Both the position numbers and the translations under genes were made by a program. A stretch of DNA of 64,000 nt from Macrostomum lignano (taxonomy: Eukaryota). Below the pieces are notes generated by a model that was not told the origin of the DNA, did not search any database, and saw nothing but the letters and a program-made list of their open reading frames with translations. Position 1 is the first letter of the stretch. Each line of letters starts with the position of its first letter. The stretch is from contig NIVC01001006.1 of the NCBI GenBank assembly GCA_002269645.1, positions 151,147 through 215,146 on the forward strand. The letters are read 5' to 3'. Shown piece after piece: positions 45,830 to 58,881 of this stretch.

Positions 45830-46480
45830 TCCTTTGGGTCCTCTGAAACTTCTATCTTTTTTCTATCTCCTCTCTTTCTTTCCTTTTATCTCTTTTCTAT
45901 TTTTCCTATTCTCCTGTCCTCTCTACTCTCCTCTCTTCTCTCTGATCTTGCTCATCTCTATTCTATTTTTCTACTCTTTCCTGTATCCCCTTTGGGCTCT
46001 CTCATCTTTCCTCTCATCTCTCCCCTCTTTTTTCTCTTTCCTTTGCTATCCCTCTCTCTTCTTGTCTCTCTTATTTGCCTCTTCCCCTCTATTGTCCCCA
46101 TACTCCTCTTCCCTCCTCTCTGCCCTCTCTTTCTCTCCTTACCCTCCTGTCTACTCTTATATTTTATCTATTCTCTTATCCCTTCTCTCACATTTCCTTT
46201 CTCTTATTGTCTATTCATTCTTCTTTCCATTCTTATCTGCCCCTGCAGCCATTAGCTAGATTCTTTATCTGGCCTTTGAGGTAAAAATCTACCCATCCCT
46301 GCTTCAAAAGCCAGTTGTACTCTTATGTACTCTCCTAGTTATATTCTCAAGGGATGTAGTACTCTCATGGTTGTTTCATTCTGTGGCCTATTTGTTGACT
46401 GCTTTGATCACATCATCTTTCTAGCCAATTTGCAGTCCTGAGAAGAACTTGTATATTTCTAGCTCCAAAGTTCCACATAT
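45830..46480. repeat. Unclassified interspersed repeat, copy A (C/T-rich tract plus about 230 bp of unique sequence)
   Basis: Shares GATTCTTTATCTGGCCTTTGAGGTAAAA, GTAGTACTCTCATGGTTGTT and GCTTTGATCAC.TCATCTTTCT.GCCAATTTGCAG with 48940-49890. Confidence 0.75.
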
Positions 46481-47617
46481 CTGATATTGTGGCTAACCCA
46501 GGGTTGTTGCTTTAAAGTTTGTTCAAATATTAACTAATTGTATATACAAACCTTTGTTGAGACTTCCAAACTATTCTTCTACATAACTTTGCCTAGGAAA
46601 ATAATACAAGTCAATGGAATAGGCCTAGTCTTCAAATAAATCATTATTTAAAAGGACCCTAAACTAACAATACATTAAGTACAAGTGCTAAAAATCCTAG
46701 TAGCTAAAGTGGCTAAAACAAAGGAGAAAGTCCCAAAAGTCTTCTAAATAAAGGAAATAAAGGAAATAAAGGAGGGCGCAGGCACCCTGTAATCAAAGCT
46801 TTTCATATTGTCTATTTCATTTTCAGAATTAGTTTCAGAACTGTGATCAGATTCTGGAGTTTGGTTTAAGAAATTTTCTTAATCCATTGTCATGTTTACA
46901 CTTTAACAGTAAAATATATTTTAAATGGTCAATTTTTATTATTGATATATTAGCCTAGTACAGTGACAGTGTTTTTGTTTGTCATATAGCATAAGACGAA
47001 GCAAAGTCAAGGAGCAAAAAAATAAATTGTAAAGACTGATAAACATAAAATGAGTTCAAAGCATTTCATTTTCCTACCGATTCTGGTTCTGGAATCGGAA
47101 TTATTCTGTTTCTGGAACCGATCTTCGTGAAAAGAGCCTATGGTTAAGCCTATAATCATGCGATGTGAAAAACAACTTTTGTTCACCTCAAAAACTCAAA
47201 TTTCTGTATTTGAGAGCTAAAATCCTTATCGATATCAAAATTATTGACTTAAATACATTGATAGAAGATTATGTATCGTGTCTATCGTCTATTAACTTGA
47301 CTAAACCAACTCATTTTTCTATTATACAATTTCATAGTCGAAAGAAGGTCAATTTCTTAGTAAATATCCCAGAAAAGCGCAATCAAAAATCAAACGCATT
47401 TAAATAAAAATTTAATGCCTGACTTAGAATCTCTGGCTAAAAAACTGTATAAGATATGTTTCGTATTGTGTTAAAGTTATTTTAAGGTACTTATACTTTT
47501 CTATTTTTTTCAATCAAGTTTTTGAGCTTTTAGTCATTTTTAACTTAGTCTCTTCCAGTACATTTTTTACATCTGTATTTCAATAATTCTGCCAACTCAG
47601 TATTGACTTTCGATTCA

Positions 47618-50600
47618 ATGGCAACCCAGGCTGGAGCAACGGCGTATGTGCATTATTTTATTTTAGGAATGTTTTTAATTTTTTACATCAAATGCTCTCT
47701 AAGTCTAAAAAATCTGCTTTATTTGACCGTGTCGAATCTTTCTAAAATTTCTAACATGCATGGCAACACCCTCAAAAAACTAAAGTTAGCGGTCACAACT
47801 AAGAATTGCACAACATACATAATTTAAATATCTATTTATCTAATTATTTCGAAATCGAAGAAAAATCGATAATCGATCATTCACATTCAGCGCCTAATTT
47901 TCCCCTTTTCCTAGTATTAAACTTTAATTCTTAGCCATCTTTTGATGGAAGCTTTAAGCTTGCATGTAGAAGTTACCAATATAAAAAAATTATATTCGAA
48001 TTTTCGCTATCGATAGTTTATCAAAAATCAACTCCTTAAAAACATACTAGATCTACCCCCCCCCCCAAGCACACTAAAGCACCAAACACTTATCATTAAC
48101 AGAGTCCCAAGCAAGGAGTACGTGGACAAGACGCTGACAGAGCAGGACAAGCTCCTCGCCGACCTGTTCCAGTCGTTTGTCGGCTACACCAGGCGCACCA
48201 GCAAGCAGAGGGACAACGGCGACGACATTGCCACCATCGTTGGCGCCTGCGCTCAGTCGGAGAAATACGACAAGACCACCAAGGCGTCGCTGGGCGAAGT
48301 CGCCACCGTCCTGGCCAACGTGGAAGAATACCGGGACAACCACGTGCGCAACCTGGAAAACCACGTGCTGCACGAGTTGGCCAAGTTCGGCAACCAGCAC
48401 AGGGGATCTCAGGTTAGCTCGAAATTGACTTTTTAATACGACTTAACGTTTCGTTTGGAGCTCGATGTTGTGTCGTTTTGTTTAGTTTTACTTGTATTTA
48501 CTTAAACCAATCCAACCAACCGTTCAATCACCCAACCTAGTTGGTAGAATAACTATATGGAGATGGAATTGAGACAATTACTCGTAATTATAAAGCGACA
48601 AGCTGTTGAAACCCGCGGATTTTGAACCCGGGGAATTCCAATACCCGGAACTACTTTTGCATGTATTCTGAAATCTAAGGCCATACACAGCCATACACAA
48701 ACAAAAACTTGTTAATCTTGTTAAAAACTTGTTAAATCTTGTTAGAAATTGTTAAATCTTGTTTGTTAAACTTGTTAAAACTTGTAAGGAAAGAGGTAGA
48801 CATAAAATGGAGCACATTCGTGTAAAATTAGGGTTTGAGACATTGTTGGCTGAGGTACTGCGCAGAATGTCAGGCAATGTCTGTCTGACTCTAAAACATA
48901 TATTGCTAAACTCTGGTCTCTCCCTGACTCTCCCTACGTCCCTTGGATCCTTTAAAATTTCTATCATCTCTTTGTTTCCTCTCATCTCTCTCGTCCCTCG
49001 TCTCTCCTCTCTCCTCTCTCCTCTCTCCCCTCTTCTCTCATATCTTTCCTCATCTCTCTTCTCTTTCATCTCTCTTATCTCATCTCTTGTCTCTTCTTTT
49101 CTCTCTCCTCTCCTCTCTCCTGTCCTCTCTCCTCTCTCCCCCTCTCCTCTCTCCTCTCACCCCCTCTTCTCTCTTATCTTCCTTCTCCTTTCTATTCTTT
49201 TCTCTCTTCTCTTAACTCTCTCCTCTACTCTCTCATCTCTCCCCTCTTCTCTCGTCTCTTCCCTCACCTCTTTTCTCTCTCGTCTTTGCTCTCTCATCTT
49301 TCCTTTTCATCTCCCTCTCTTCTCTCACTCCACTCTCCTCTCTCCGTTATCTCTCATCTCTCATTTCTCATCTCTCCTTCCACCTCTCTCATCTCTACAA
49401 CCTTAGAGATGTAGAGATGTATCTTTATCTCTTCTCTTTTTCCTTTACTCTCTCATCTCTTCTTTCACCTGTTTCCTCTCTGCTCTTCTCTCTGCTGTCT
49501 CCTCTCTCCTCTCATCTGCAGCTCTCTGCTCTCTCATCTCTACTCTCTCCTCTCGCTTTTCCTCTCTCCCCTCTTCTCCCCCTCTCTCTCATCGTCCTCA
49601 CCCCCTCATCTCTACTATTATCTTTTATCTTTTCTTTTATCCCCTCTGTCGCCTCTCCTCTCTTCGAATCGTCTATTCCTTCTTCTTTCCACTTTCATCT
49701 GCCCCTCAGCTATGAGCTGGATTCTTTATCTGGCCTTTGAGGTAAAATTATGCCCATCCCATCCCTGCTTGGAAAGCCAGTTTGTGGGACGTAGTACTCT
49801 CATGGTTGTTCTCATGCTTTGATCACGTCATCTTTCTTGCCAATTTGCAGCCCTGAAAGGAATTTGTGTATCTTCAGCTCCACTGCAGTCTGCATCAGTC
49901 TAACAACCAAGGAAATAAGCATTTCTTAGGAGGCCATTTAAAATTTACACAGTACCTTTAAAAGAAACCTAAAATTTCCATGGTGTGCCTAATTTAGTAG
50001 GGTTTTACGAGCGTATTGCATTGCATCGCATCGCCTTTTCATAAATCTTTCGCTTTTACAAACCATGCTGGATTCCCTCGATTTGCCAATTGCCATCCAC
50101 TGTTAAACTGCTGCAGAGTTTGCCAATACAGAGGGGAGGGCAGTGGTTAGAATTTCTCACTAAACTGTTATGGCTAAACGTAGCCTCTCTACCATAGATA
50201 AAGTATACATAGATTCCACCCCTGCCCCCGCGGAGTGTCTAAATTGTGACCATCACTTTATTCACTGCGCTCCTATTGGCTGGGCCACGCTATGCACATT
50301 GAGTCCACGTGTGTACATTCCCCCAACTCCGGAACACTTGCGTGTCGACTTCATTCTTGCTAAACTGTTGAAACTGGTAAGACATCCTTTCGTTCCGCGC
50401 ATTAAAGTTATAAAGCTTTCTTGTGTGGAAGGGGTGAGGGAATGAAATCGAAGGGGTTGAAAGGAAGGCTTTCGCGCCAGCCAATGAGAGCACGGTGAGT
50501 TTTATGGTGGTCAAAGTTTGGACACGAGCGTGTGTACATTCTGGGCAGGGGTGGAATCTATGTATACTTTATCTATGCTCTCTACTCTCGGGGTGCAGAG

Positions 50601-52487
50601 AAGGCTATAAATAAAGTTATTCAAAAACACTGTACATTTGCTATGTACATTCAGTCCTATCGCCTGACCCTTCGTCTGGCTCTGGGGGAATGAGTGAGTG
50701 AGTGGCACAAACAACAGAAAAAGCAGACAAACTTCACATGCTTACAGTTTCTTTTTCGGTTAAGTTACAAAGTTGAAACTTTACATTTAGATAGAGAATG
50801 GGTCAATGAAGAATTGTGTAAAGTTTGAAGTCAATCGCTTTACGTGGAGCAAACTTATGGCAGCTGAAAGTTAGTCAATTTTGAAACCCTTTTACACATC
50901 TGGGCCCAGATCGGGATCGGGAAAGAGGCAGGCGGGCGGAGGTTGGGGTGGCTGTCTCGCTGAAAAAAAGCAGCCTCACTTTAAAAGTGCACAGCGCTGT
51001 TCAGGATTAACTTTGAGACTCGAAATTTTACATGATTGTGCCAAAATAGTTTAAGATTATCTGTGTCAAATTTGAAGAGAATCGGTAGAAGTGGAGCGGC
51101 GCTATGGAGGATTAAGTGAAAAAATCGCGCATTTTGAGCAGTTTTTTGCACTTGTAGGTGGGAAGACTCAAATTTAGGAAATTTTAAGGTAGCCTAAGAC
51201 ATTCTCCGTAGTAAGTTTAGGGTGGGTGTAAAGTTTGGTGTCATTTGGTTGAGCGGTTTGGGAGTCCATAGCGATCAAAATTGTCCACAGACAGACAGAC
51301 AGACACACAGACAGAGTTTTGATTTTTATATGTAGAGAAGAAGAGTTTTGATTTTTATAGGTAGAGATGAAACCGAAAGGGGTATATTTGAGCGAGATAC
51401 TCTAGGTCGACATTTATAAGCCGAATGAAAACGTACAATACACATACACGATTGAGCGTAGTATGGGGTGGGGCGATCAGTAAAGAGTGAAGGTGGTGCG
51501 ATCAATAATTGGGGAATGTACGAACGAGCAAGATGAATATGCGAACCCCTAATTGAGCGTACATTTAGCTATTGCAAACGTAAAAGTACAAGAAATACCG
51601 CGACACAGTGGCAGCTCCAGAACACAACCAACCGTTCAATCACCCTGTTGTGTTTGTAGTTAATTGATGAATTCAATTCAGTCTAGTCAGACAGTGGTCC
51701 AGACACTTCTGTCTCGGTCAATATATTTATAGTCAAAGCATGCACGATGTACATTACTCAATCGTTAGCTAACATTTGCACGTTAAACTAAACACTGATT
51801 GTGCAATCACTTATCAATAGATATCAGAGCAAACTATTCAATGAGTCATCATGCAAACTAAATCTCGTTGCACCTTCACAACACACCCAACAAACCGTTC
51901 AATCACTTAACCAACCGTTCAATCACCCAACCAACCGTTCAATCACTTAACCAACTGTTCAATCACCCAGCAAAACGTCCAAGCACCCAACCAACCGTTC
52001 AATCACTTAACCAACCGTTCAATCACTTAACCAACCGTTCAATCACTTAACCAACCGTTCAATCACCCAACCAACCGTTCAATCACCCAACCAACCGTTC
52101 AATCATCCGTCTAACCAATTTAACCAATCGCAACACCTCCCGCAGACGAACCTGCGCCGTTCTTTGTCGCAGAGTCAGCGCCGCAAAAGCGGTGCCAACG
52201 GTCAGTCGCAGGCTGAGCAGACCTTCAGTCGGGAGCTCATCGACTTCGAGAGTCGGCGGGTCACCGGCCTGCGCTCGGTGCTGCAGAACTACATGTTCAG
52301 CGAGCTGGCCTGGCACCTGAAGGCTGCCGAGCTGTACTCCAACGCGTTCAAAGCTCTGCAGGCCATAGACGAGAACGAGGACGTCGAAGATTTCAGACGA
52401 TCGCTGCAGTTGCCAAGGGAAACGCAGTCGTTAAAGTCTACGGACCGGCACCAGCTGCCAGGTGGCGGCACCGGCACCCTGTCGTGA
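47618..52487 (+). CDS. FAM92: FAM92/CIBAR ciliary BAR-domain protein; 3 exons
   Basis: Exons 47618-47643 (tentative), 48103-48412, 52146-52487. FVGYTRRTSKQRDNGD, EEYRDNHVRNLENHVLHEL and ELAWHLKAAELYSNAFKALQAIDENEDVEDFRRSL match recalled FAM92A/B. Confidence 0.82.
48940..49890. repeat. Unclassified interspersed repeat, copy B (in FAM92 intron 2)
   Basis: Diverged homolog of 45830-46480 in the same orientation. Confidence 0.75.
50193..50577. mobile_element. MITE (385 bp), P-superfamily-like
   Basis: Perfect 35-bp TIR CATAGATAAAGTATACATAGATTCCACCCCTGCCC. Perfect 8-bp TSD CTCTCTAC at 50185-50192 and 50578-50585. The superfamily is inferred only from CAT termini plus the 8-bp TSD. Confidence 0.85.
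50700..51370 (+). mobile_element. Helentron/DINE-1-like non-autonomous element (tentative)
   Basis: Repeated TGTGTAAAGTTTG / TGTGTCAAATTTG blocks, GGTTGAGCGGTTTGGGAGTCCATAG, a (GACA)n microsatellite near the 3' end and a TTTATATGTAGA-type terminus. No TIR or TSD found; ends are approximate. Confidence 0.45.
51870..52125. repeat. 19-20-bp minisatellite at the 3' end of FAM92 intron 2
   Basis: CCAACCGTTCAATCACTTAA; isolated units also near 48518 and 51628. Confidence 0.9.
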
Positions 52488-53394
52488 GGCTCGAAAATCC
52501 AGGTGGATCATTGAAGGCTTTGATGGGACAAGAATCGAATACTTACTGATGATGAGTTTGTCTCCTGCTTTGTTGGTACTGTGTATTGTGCTGTAGCTGC
52601 ATGAAGTCTCATTGTGCATAGCTGTGTTATCCCCAAGGCCTTGCAGAGATTGCTACAAGTATGCAGTATTTATTTAAATTCATTAGAAAGGTAGCTTAGA
52701 AGACTACCTACACGTGCACTGTGTCCGTCCCGATTGAACTAATCTGGAAGTTGTACTTCAACGCTTATCACATAAATTTAGCTACTTGACTTTCCGCATG
52801 CCCGCATTAAGAAAACGACAAGACGCATTCTGCGAATTGCGAATAAAAAATTCTTATAATACTACTGATACTTCAGAATGCACACAGGAATGTCAGTGCT
52901 ACAGGAAGGCCGCCAGCAGGCCTGGCTCCGCACGCTAACGAATCCCTGGCCCTCGTCGTGTATTCCAAATCCCCATTTTAAACTCCCCTCCCGCATGCTG
53001 CATCAATGTTTACCGCAGAAAAACTGGGATATTTTCCTACATAAGTATTTTCTTACGGAGTTCTGTGACTACAAAAATAACTATTTTCATGTCGTAATTG
53101 ACAACTCAAAAATGATAGAATTCGATTCTCAGATTAATCTATTCGATAATTAATTCAATTTTCACCCGCCACCTTAATGTATCGCCCCAATGCTTACACT
53201 GTTGACTCACTGTGTAGAGTTGTTGTAATTTTGGCTTGCACCTACTTCCACGTGTCTGCAAGTCTTCTAGGAAAATCATCAAATATAAATGCAAGTTTTC
53301 AAGCAAAGTTGAGATTCTGGACCAATGAGAACATCAAAACACGGTCTGTGCTTTTTTTAGAATATTAAATAAAATAGTTGAGTCACAACCTGAG

Positions 53395-54260
53395 CCTAGC
53401 AGTCCACAGTTAGCAGCCCCAGTTAGCAGCCCCAGCTAGCAGCCCCAGCTAGCAGCCCCAGCTAGCAGCCCCAGCTAGCAACCCCCAGCTATCAGTCCAC
53501 AGCTAGCAGCCCCAGCCAGCAGCCCCAGCTAGCAGCCCCAGCTAGCAACCCCCAGCTAGCAGCCCCAGCTAGCAGCCCCAGCCAGCAGCCACCAGCCAGC
53601 AACCCCAGCTAGCAGCCCCAGCCAGCAGCCACCAGCCAGCAACCCCAGCTAGCAGCCCCTAGCTAGCAACCCCAGCTAGCAACCCCAGCTAGCAGCCCCT
53701 AACTAGCAGCCCCAGCTAGCAACCCCAGCTAGCAGCCCCAGCTAGCAGCCCCTAACTAGCAGCCCCAGCTAGCAACCCCAGCTAGCAACCCCAGCTAGCA
53801 GCCCCAGCTAGCAGCCCCAGCTAGCAGCCCCAGCTAACAACCGCCAGCTATCAGTCCACAGCTAGCAGCCCCAGCCAGCAGCCCCAGCTAGCAGCCCCAG
53901 CTAGCAACCCCCAGCTAGCAGCCCCAGCTAGCAGCCCCAGCCAGCAGCCACCAGCCAGCAACCCCAGCTAGCAGCCCCTAGCTAGCAACCCCAGCTAGCA
54001 ACCCCAGCTAGCAGCCCCTAACTAGCAGCCCCAGCTAGCAACCCCAGCTAGCAACCCCAGCTAGCAGCCCCAGCTAGCAGCGCCCAGCTAGCAACCCCAG
54101 CTAGCAGCCCCAGCTAGCAATCCCAGCTAGCAACCCCAGCTAGCAACCCCAGCTAGCAACCCCAGCTAGCAGCCCCAGCTAGCAACCCCAGCTAGCAACC
54201 CCAGCTAGCAGCCCCAGCTAGCAACCCCAGCTAGCAACCCCAACTAGCAGCCCCAGCTAG
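53395..54260. repeat. 14-bp minisatellite between the convergent FAM92 and PHKG 3' ends
   Basis: CAGCTAGCAGCCCC / CAGCTAGCAACCCC. Confidence 0.96.
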
Positions 54261-54979
54261 AAATACCCAAAATAACTGTACACACAAAAGTGAAATAAAG
54301 CGGACAATTTACAGGGTAGAACCAAGCTGTCAATAACGAACAGCGAACAGGAGCAAAACTATCAACATACACTCGTACATATTTTTTATTAGCAATAATA
54401 GAAAAAATAAGCTCTGAATCAAAAAGTAATCAGAAAATAAAAGTACCAGTGTACAAAATTCGACTGATCAGAAGGTCTAGAAATCTATTTTTTTGACTAA
54501 ACAAATAAAATAATGCTGCTAAAACAGAACGGGATCAGCTTGGAGACAAAATATTCTCAGTTTTGTTATCTATCCAGTTTATTAGACTACAGAAAGCAAG
54601 CAGGGAACAATAGCGGATGAAGTGTGCAAAAATTAAAATAATTATGAAACAAAATGACGCAGCCGGGGGTTACAGCTGCATTGCAATTGTAGTTGTCAAG
54701 CAAGGCTGCCTGATGCCGAAGTATCTGGACTCGGACTGTTTTGCGGAGAGACTAAAAGCTAATAATCACATGTTGAGCCTAAGAGCAGACAGTGAAGGGT
54801 TGGAAGACGGCAAAAATTATCTGCAGCGCTAAGAATCTACACATGCTAATGTAGCTACTTGTAGTAAGCTAAGAGCTAGCCAAATTTATCTGTACATATT
54901 CTAGGCAGGTGATGCCACTGTAGCGGTAGGAGACAGCATACTTTTATACGAGCTATCTCGAAGGTTGGGTAGGGAATCC

Positions 54980-55460
54980 AGGGTGAGAGGAGAGGGGAGA
55001 GGGGAGAGTGGAGAGAGGAGAGAAGACAGGGGAGAGAGGAGAGAGGAGAGGGGAGAGTGGAGAGAGGAGAGAAGACAGGGGAGAGAGGAGAGAGGAGAGG
55101 GGAGAGTGGAGAGAGGAGAGAAGACAGGGAGAGAGGAGAGAGGAGAGGGGAGAGTGGAGAGAGGAGAGAAGACAGGGAGAGAGGAGAGAGGAGAGGGGAG
55201 AGTGGAGAGAGGAGAGAAGACAGGGAGAGAGGAGAGATGAGAGGGGAGAGGGGAGAGGGGAGAGTGGAGAGAGGAGAGAAGACAGGGAGAGAGGAGAGAG
55301 GAGAGGGGAGAGAGGAGAGAGGAGAGGGAGAAAAGAGAGAGGAGAGGGAAAAGAGGAGAGATGAGAGGGGAGAGAAAAGATGCGAATAGAGATGGGGTAG
55401 GAGATGAAGGGAGCGAAAGGATGAGAGAGAAAAAGAGAGGGGAGAGGAGATGCGAGAAGA
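54980..55460. repeat. G/A-rich minisatellite downstream of PHKG
   Basis: GGAGAGAGGAGAGAAGACAGGG units. Confidence 0.92.
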
Positions 55461-55664
55461 GACATAAGCCTTTAGCGGTCCGGATTGCTCTTGTGAAGTT
55501 TGAAAGGACCCGATGGTCAGACATAGAGGCTTTGCGTGTCCTGGTGCAGCGAATAATTGATGGGTGCAAATTTACGTGTACAGTTCGAGACCTGCGCTTG
55601 GGGTGGCACAAAAAGGCTTGATGGGGGGCGTCTGTCAGCTAAACAAAGAGTTGAGAGGCAGCAC

Positions 55665-56395
55665 AGAATCGGGATGGCGGACACACCAATAGGATCGGGA
55701 GTTGATAACGGACACACCAATAGGATCGGGAGTTGATAACGGACACACCAATAGGATCGGGAGATGATAACGGACACACCAATAGGATCGGGAGTTGATA
55801 ACGGACACACCAATAGGATCGGGAGATGATAACGGACACACCAATAGGATCGGGAGTTGATAACGGACACACCAATAGAATCGGGAGTTGATAACGGACA
55901 CACCAATAGGATCGGAAGTTGATAACAGACACACCAATAGGATCGGGAGTTGATAACGGACACACCAATAGGATCGGGAATTGATAACGGACACACCAAT
56001 AGGATCGAGAGTTGATAACGGACACACCAATAGGATCGGGAGTTGATAACGGACACACCAATAGGATCGGGAGTTGATAACGGACACACCAATAGGATCG
56101 GGAATTGATAACGGACACACCAATAGGATCGGGAGTTGATAACGGACACACCAATAGGATCGGGAGATGATAACGGACACACCAATAGGATCGGGAGTTG
56201 ATAACGGACACACCAATAGGATCGGGAGTTGATAACGGACACACCAATAGGATCGGGAGTTGATAACGGACACACCAATAGGATCGGGAGTTGATAATGG
56301 ACACACCAATAGGATCAGGAGTTGATAACGGACACACCAATAGGATCGGGAGTTGATAACGGACACACCAATAGGATCGGGAGTTGATAAGAGAC
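55665..56395. repeat. 31-bp minisatellite x about 23, just downstream of the PHKG stop
   Basis: GTTGATAACGGACACACCAATAGGATCGGGA. Confidence 0.97.
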
Positions 56396-56470
56396 ACATC
56401 ACAGAATCCAAATCATGCAGTCGTGAGTTGGGATCATCAAAGGGATTTGAGCTCTCAGTCTATGCAAGCA

Positions 56471-58881
56471 TCAGCCGCTGTCCTGAGCAGCCAGATCCAT
56501 TTTCGGCGAGTTCTCAAACAGCGCGGCCCGGTTCTGGTCCTCGGCCTTCTTCACCCAGTGGCTGTAGACCAGGAAGGCCGTGTTGTCAATGAGGCGGCGC
56601 ATGTTGCGGATGGTGTACGGGTCCGCGCGAAGGCGGCGCAGCTCCAGCCGGGCTGGCATGGCGTAGGCCCGGTGCAGCCGGCAGAGGCAGCGGACGGCCA
56701 GGATGGCCGAGCGGAACCGGGTGCGCCTGTCGAAGGTGACGCAGGGCAGCTCCTGCCGGGGTGAGAGATGGTGGCGGCATAGCGGTGCAGCGCGGATGGC
56801 ACAGCAACTGAGGATCTGGGAGGCTGGCCCAGCAACTGAGGATCTGGGAGGCTGGCCAAGCAACTGAGGATCTGGGAGGCTGGCCCAGCAACTGAGGATC
56901 TGGGAGGCTGGCCAAGCAACTGAGGATCTGGGAGGCTGGCCAAGCAACTGGGGATCTGGGAGGCTGGCCAAGCAACTGAGGATCTGGGAGGCTGGCCAAG
57001 CAACTGAGGATCTGGGAGGCTGGCCAAGCAACTGAGGATCTGAGAGGCTGGCCAAGCAACTGAGGATCTGGGAGGCTGGCCCAGCAACTGAGGATCTGGG
57101 AGGCTGGCCCAGCAACAGGATCTGGGAGGCTGGCCCAGCAACTGAGGATCTGGGAGGCTGGCCAAGCAACTGAGGATCTGGGAGGCTGGCCCAGCAACTG
57201 AGGATCTGGGAGGCTGGCCAAGCAACTGAGGATCTGGGAGGCTGGCCAAGCAACTGGGGATCTGGGAGGCTGGCCAAGCAACTGAGGATCTGGGAGGCTG
57301 GCCCAGCAACTGAGGATCTGGGAGGCTGGCCAAGCAACTGAGGATCTGGGAGGCTGGCCAAGCAACTGAGGATCTGGGAGGCTGGCCCAGCAACTGAGGC
57401 TCTGGGAGGCTGGCCCAGCAACTGAGGCTCTGGGAAGGCAGCAGCTCAATCAGTCAATCAGGGGATCCGGGAAGAGCTGACCGAACAGTCAGTGAAATCC
57501 TCACCTGCTTAGCGAAGAAAGGATGCGCCAGCGCCTGCACGGAGGTGAGCCGCTGGCCGGGGTCCACCCTGAGCAGGCTGGCGATGAGGCTCTTGGCCGC
57601 CTCGGAGACTTCCTCCCACTCGGGCGTGTCGAGGCTGAAGCGGCCCTCCATGATCATCCGCAGCATGGTCATCTGGCGGCGGTGCCAGAAGGGCGGGGAG
57701 CCCACCAGCAGGGTGTACATGAGCACCCCGCTGGCCCACATGTCCACCGGGCGGCCGTAGCCGCGGATGCTGCGGGATTCGTACATGTTCACCACGAGGA
57801 TCTCCGGGCTGAGGTAGCTGGGCGTGCCGCACAGGTCAGTCAGACAGTCGTCGGTTTCAACTTCGGTGGCGAAGCCGAAGTCGGTCAGCTTGACGCTCAT
57901 TTCAGCGTCCAGCAGGATGTTCTCGGCCTTGATGTCGCGGTGTACAATCTGCCGACTGTGCAGAAACTCCAAAGCGTCCAGCAGTTGGCGCATCACCCGC
58001 GGGTTCGCTTCTCGGACATTCGGACTACCTTGTTCAGATGCTCGAATAGTTCGCCGTGGGGGCAGCTGCGTGAGAGATGGGGGGACTGATGGGGTGCAAG
58101 TGCCTGAGGACTGGTGTGGCTACCTGAGGATCGGTGTGGCTACCTGAGGATCGGTGTGGCTACCTGGGGATTGGTGTAGCTACCTGGGGATTGGTGTGGC
58201 TACCTGGGGATTGGTGTGGCTACCTGAGGATCGGTGTGGCTACCTGAGGATTGGTGTGGCTACCTGAGGATTGGTGTGGCTACCTGAGGATTGGTGTGGC
58301 TACCTGAGGATTGGTGTGGCTACCTGAGGATTATTGTGGCTACCTGAGGATTGGTGTGGCTACCTGAGGATTATTGTGGCTACCTGAGGATTATTGTGGC
58401 TACCTGAGGATTATTGTGGCTACCTGAGGATTAGTGATGAACAGCCTGTGGGTGCCGACTCACATTTCAAACACAAAGAAGATGTAGGCCTCGGTCTCGA
58501 AGTGGTCGTGCAGCAGGATGATGTTGGCGTGGCCCTGCACCAGCCGCAGGATCCGCAGCTCCTTGAGGGCGTCCTGCCTGGCGTCCTCGCTGTTCGTGTC
58601 GAGATTGTTGAGGTCGATGACCTTCACGGCAAACTCGGTCTTGCTGGACTTCTCAACGCATCTGCGGACAACGCTGCTGAGACCTCTGGAGAAGATTTGC
58701 GGGATTGTTTGAGGTCAAGGACGAGTACAGAGACAAAATACTCACATGTAGATTATTGTTGCAAAAATATATCTAAATAAAAAACTCACCGACCAAGAAT
58801 CTCCTTGGGCTCATACTTGCTATGAAACTGATTGCAATATTCGTTGTTCTCTTCTGATGGAATGCTATTGGCAATTGTCAT
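56471..58881 (-). CDS. PHKG: Phosphorylase b kinase gamma catalytic subunit; 4 exons
   Basis: Exons 58881-58790, 58685-58464, 58065-57505, 56752-56471. YEPKEILGRGLSSVVRRC, FAVKVID, HRDIKAENILL, DFGFA, CGTPSYLSPE, and the calmodulin-binding tail DPY...RRLID..AF.VYSHWVKK..DQNRAALFEN. Confidence 0.95.
56805..57440. repeat. 28-bp minisatellite, PHKG intron 3
   Basis: GCAACTGAGGATCTGGGAGGCTGGCCAA. Confidence 0.96.
58105..58432. repeat. 20-bp minisatellite, PHKG intron 2
   Basis: GTGGCTACCTGAGGATTGGT; the sense strand contains CTCAGGTAG. Confidence 0.95.
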
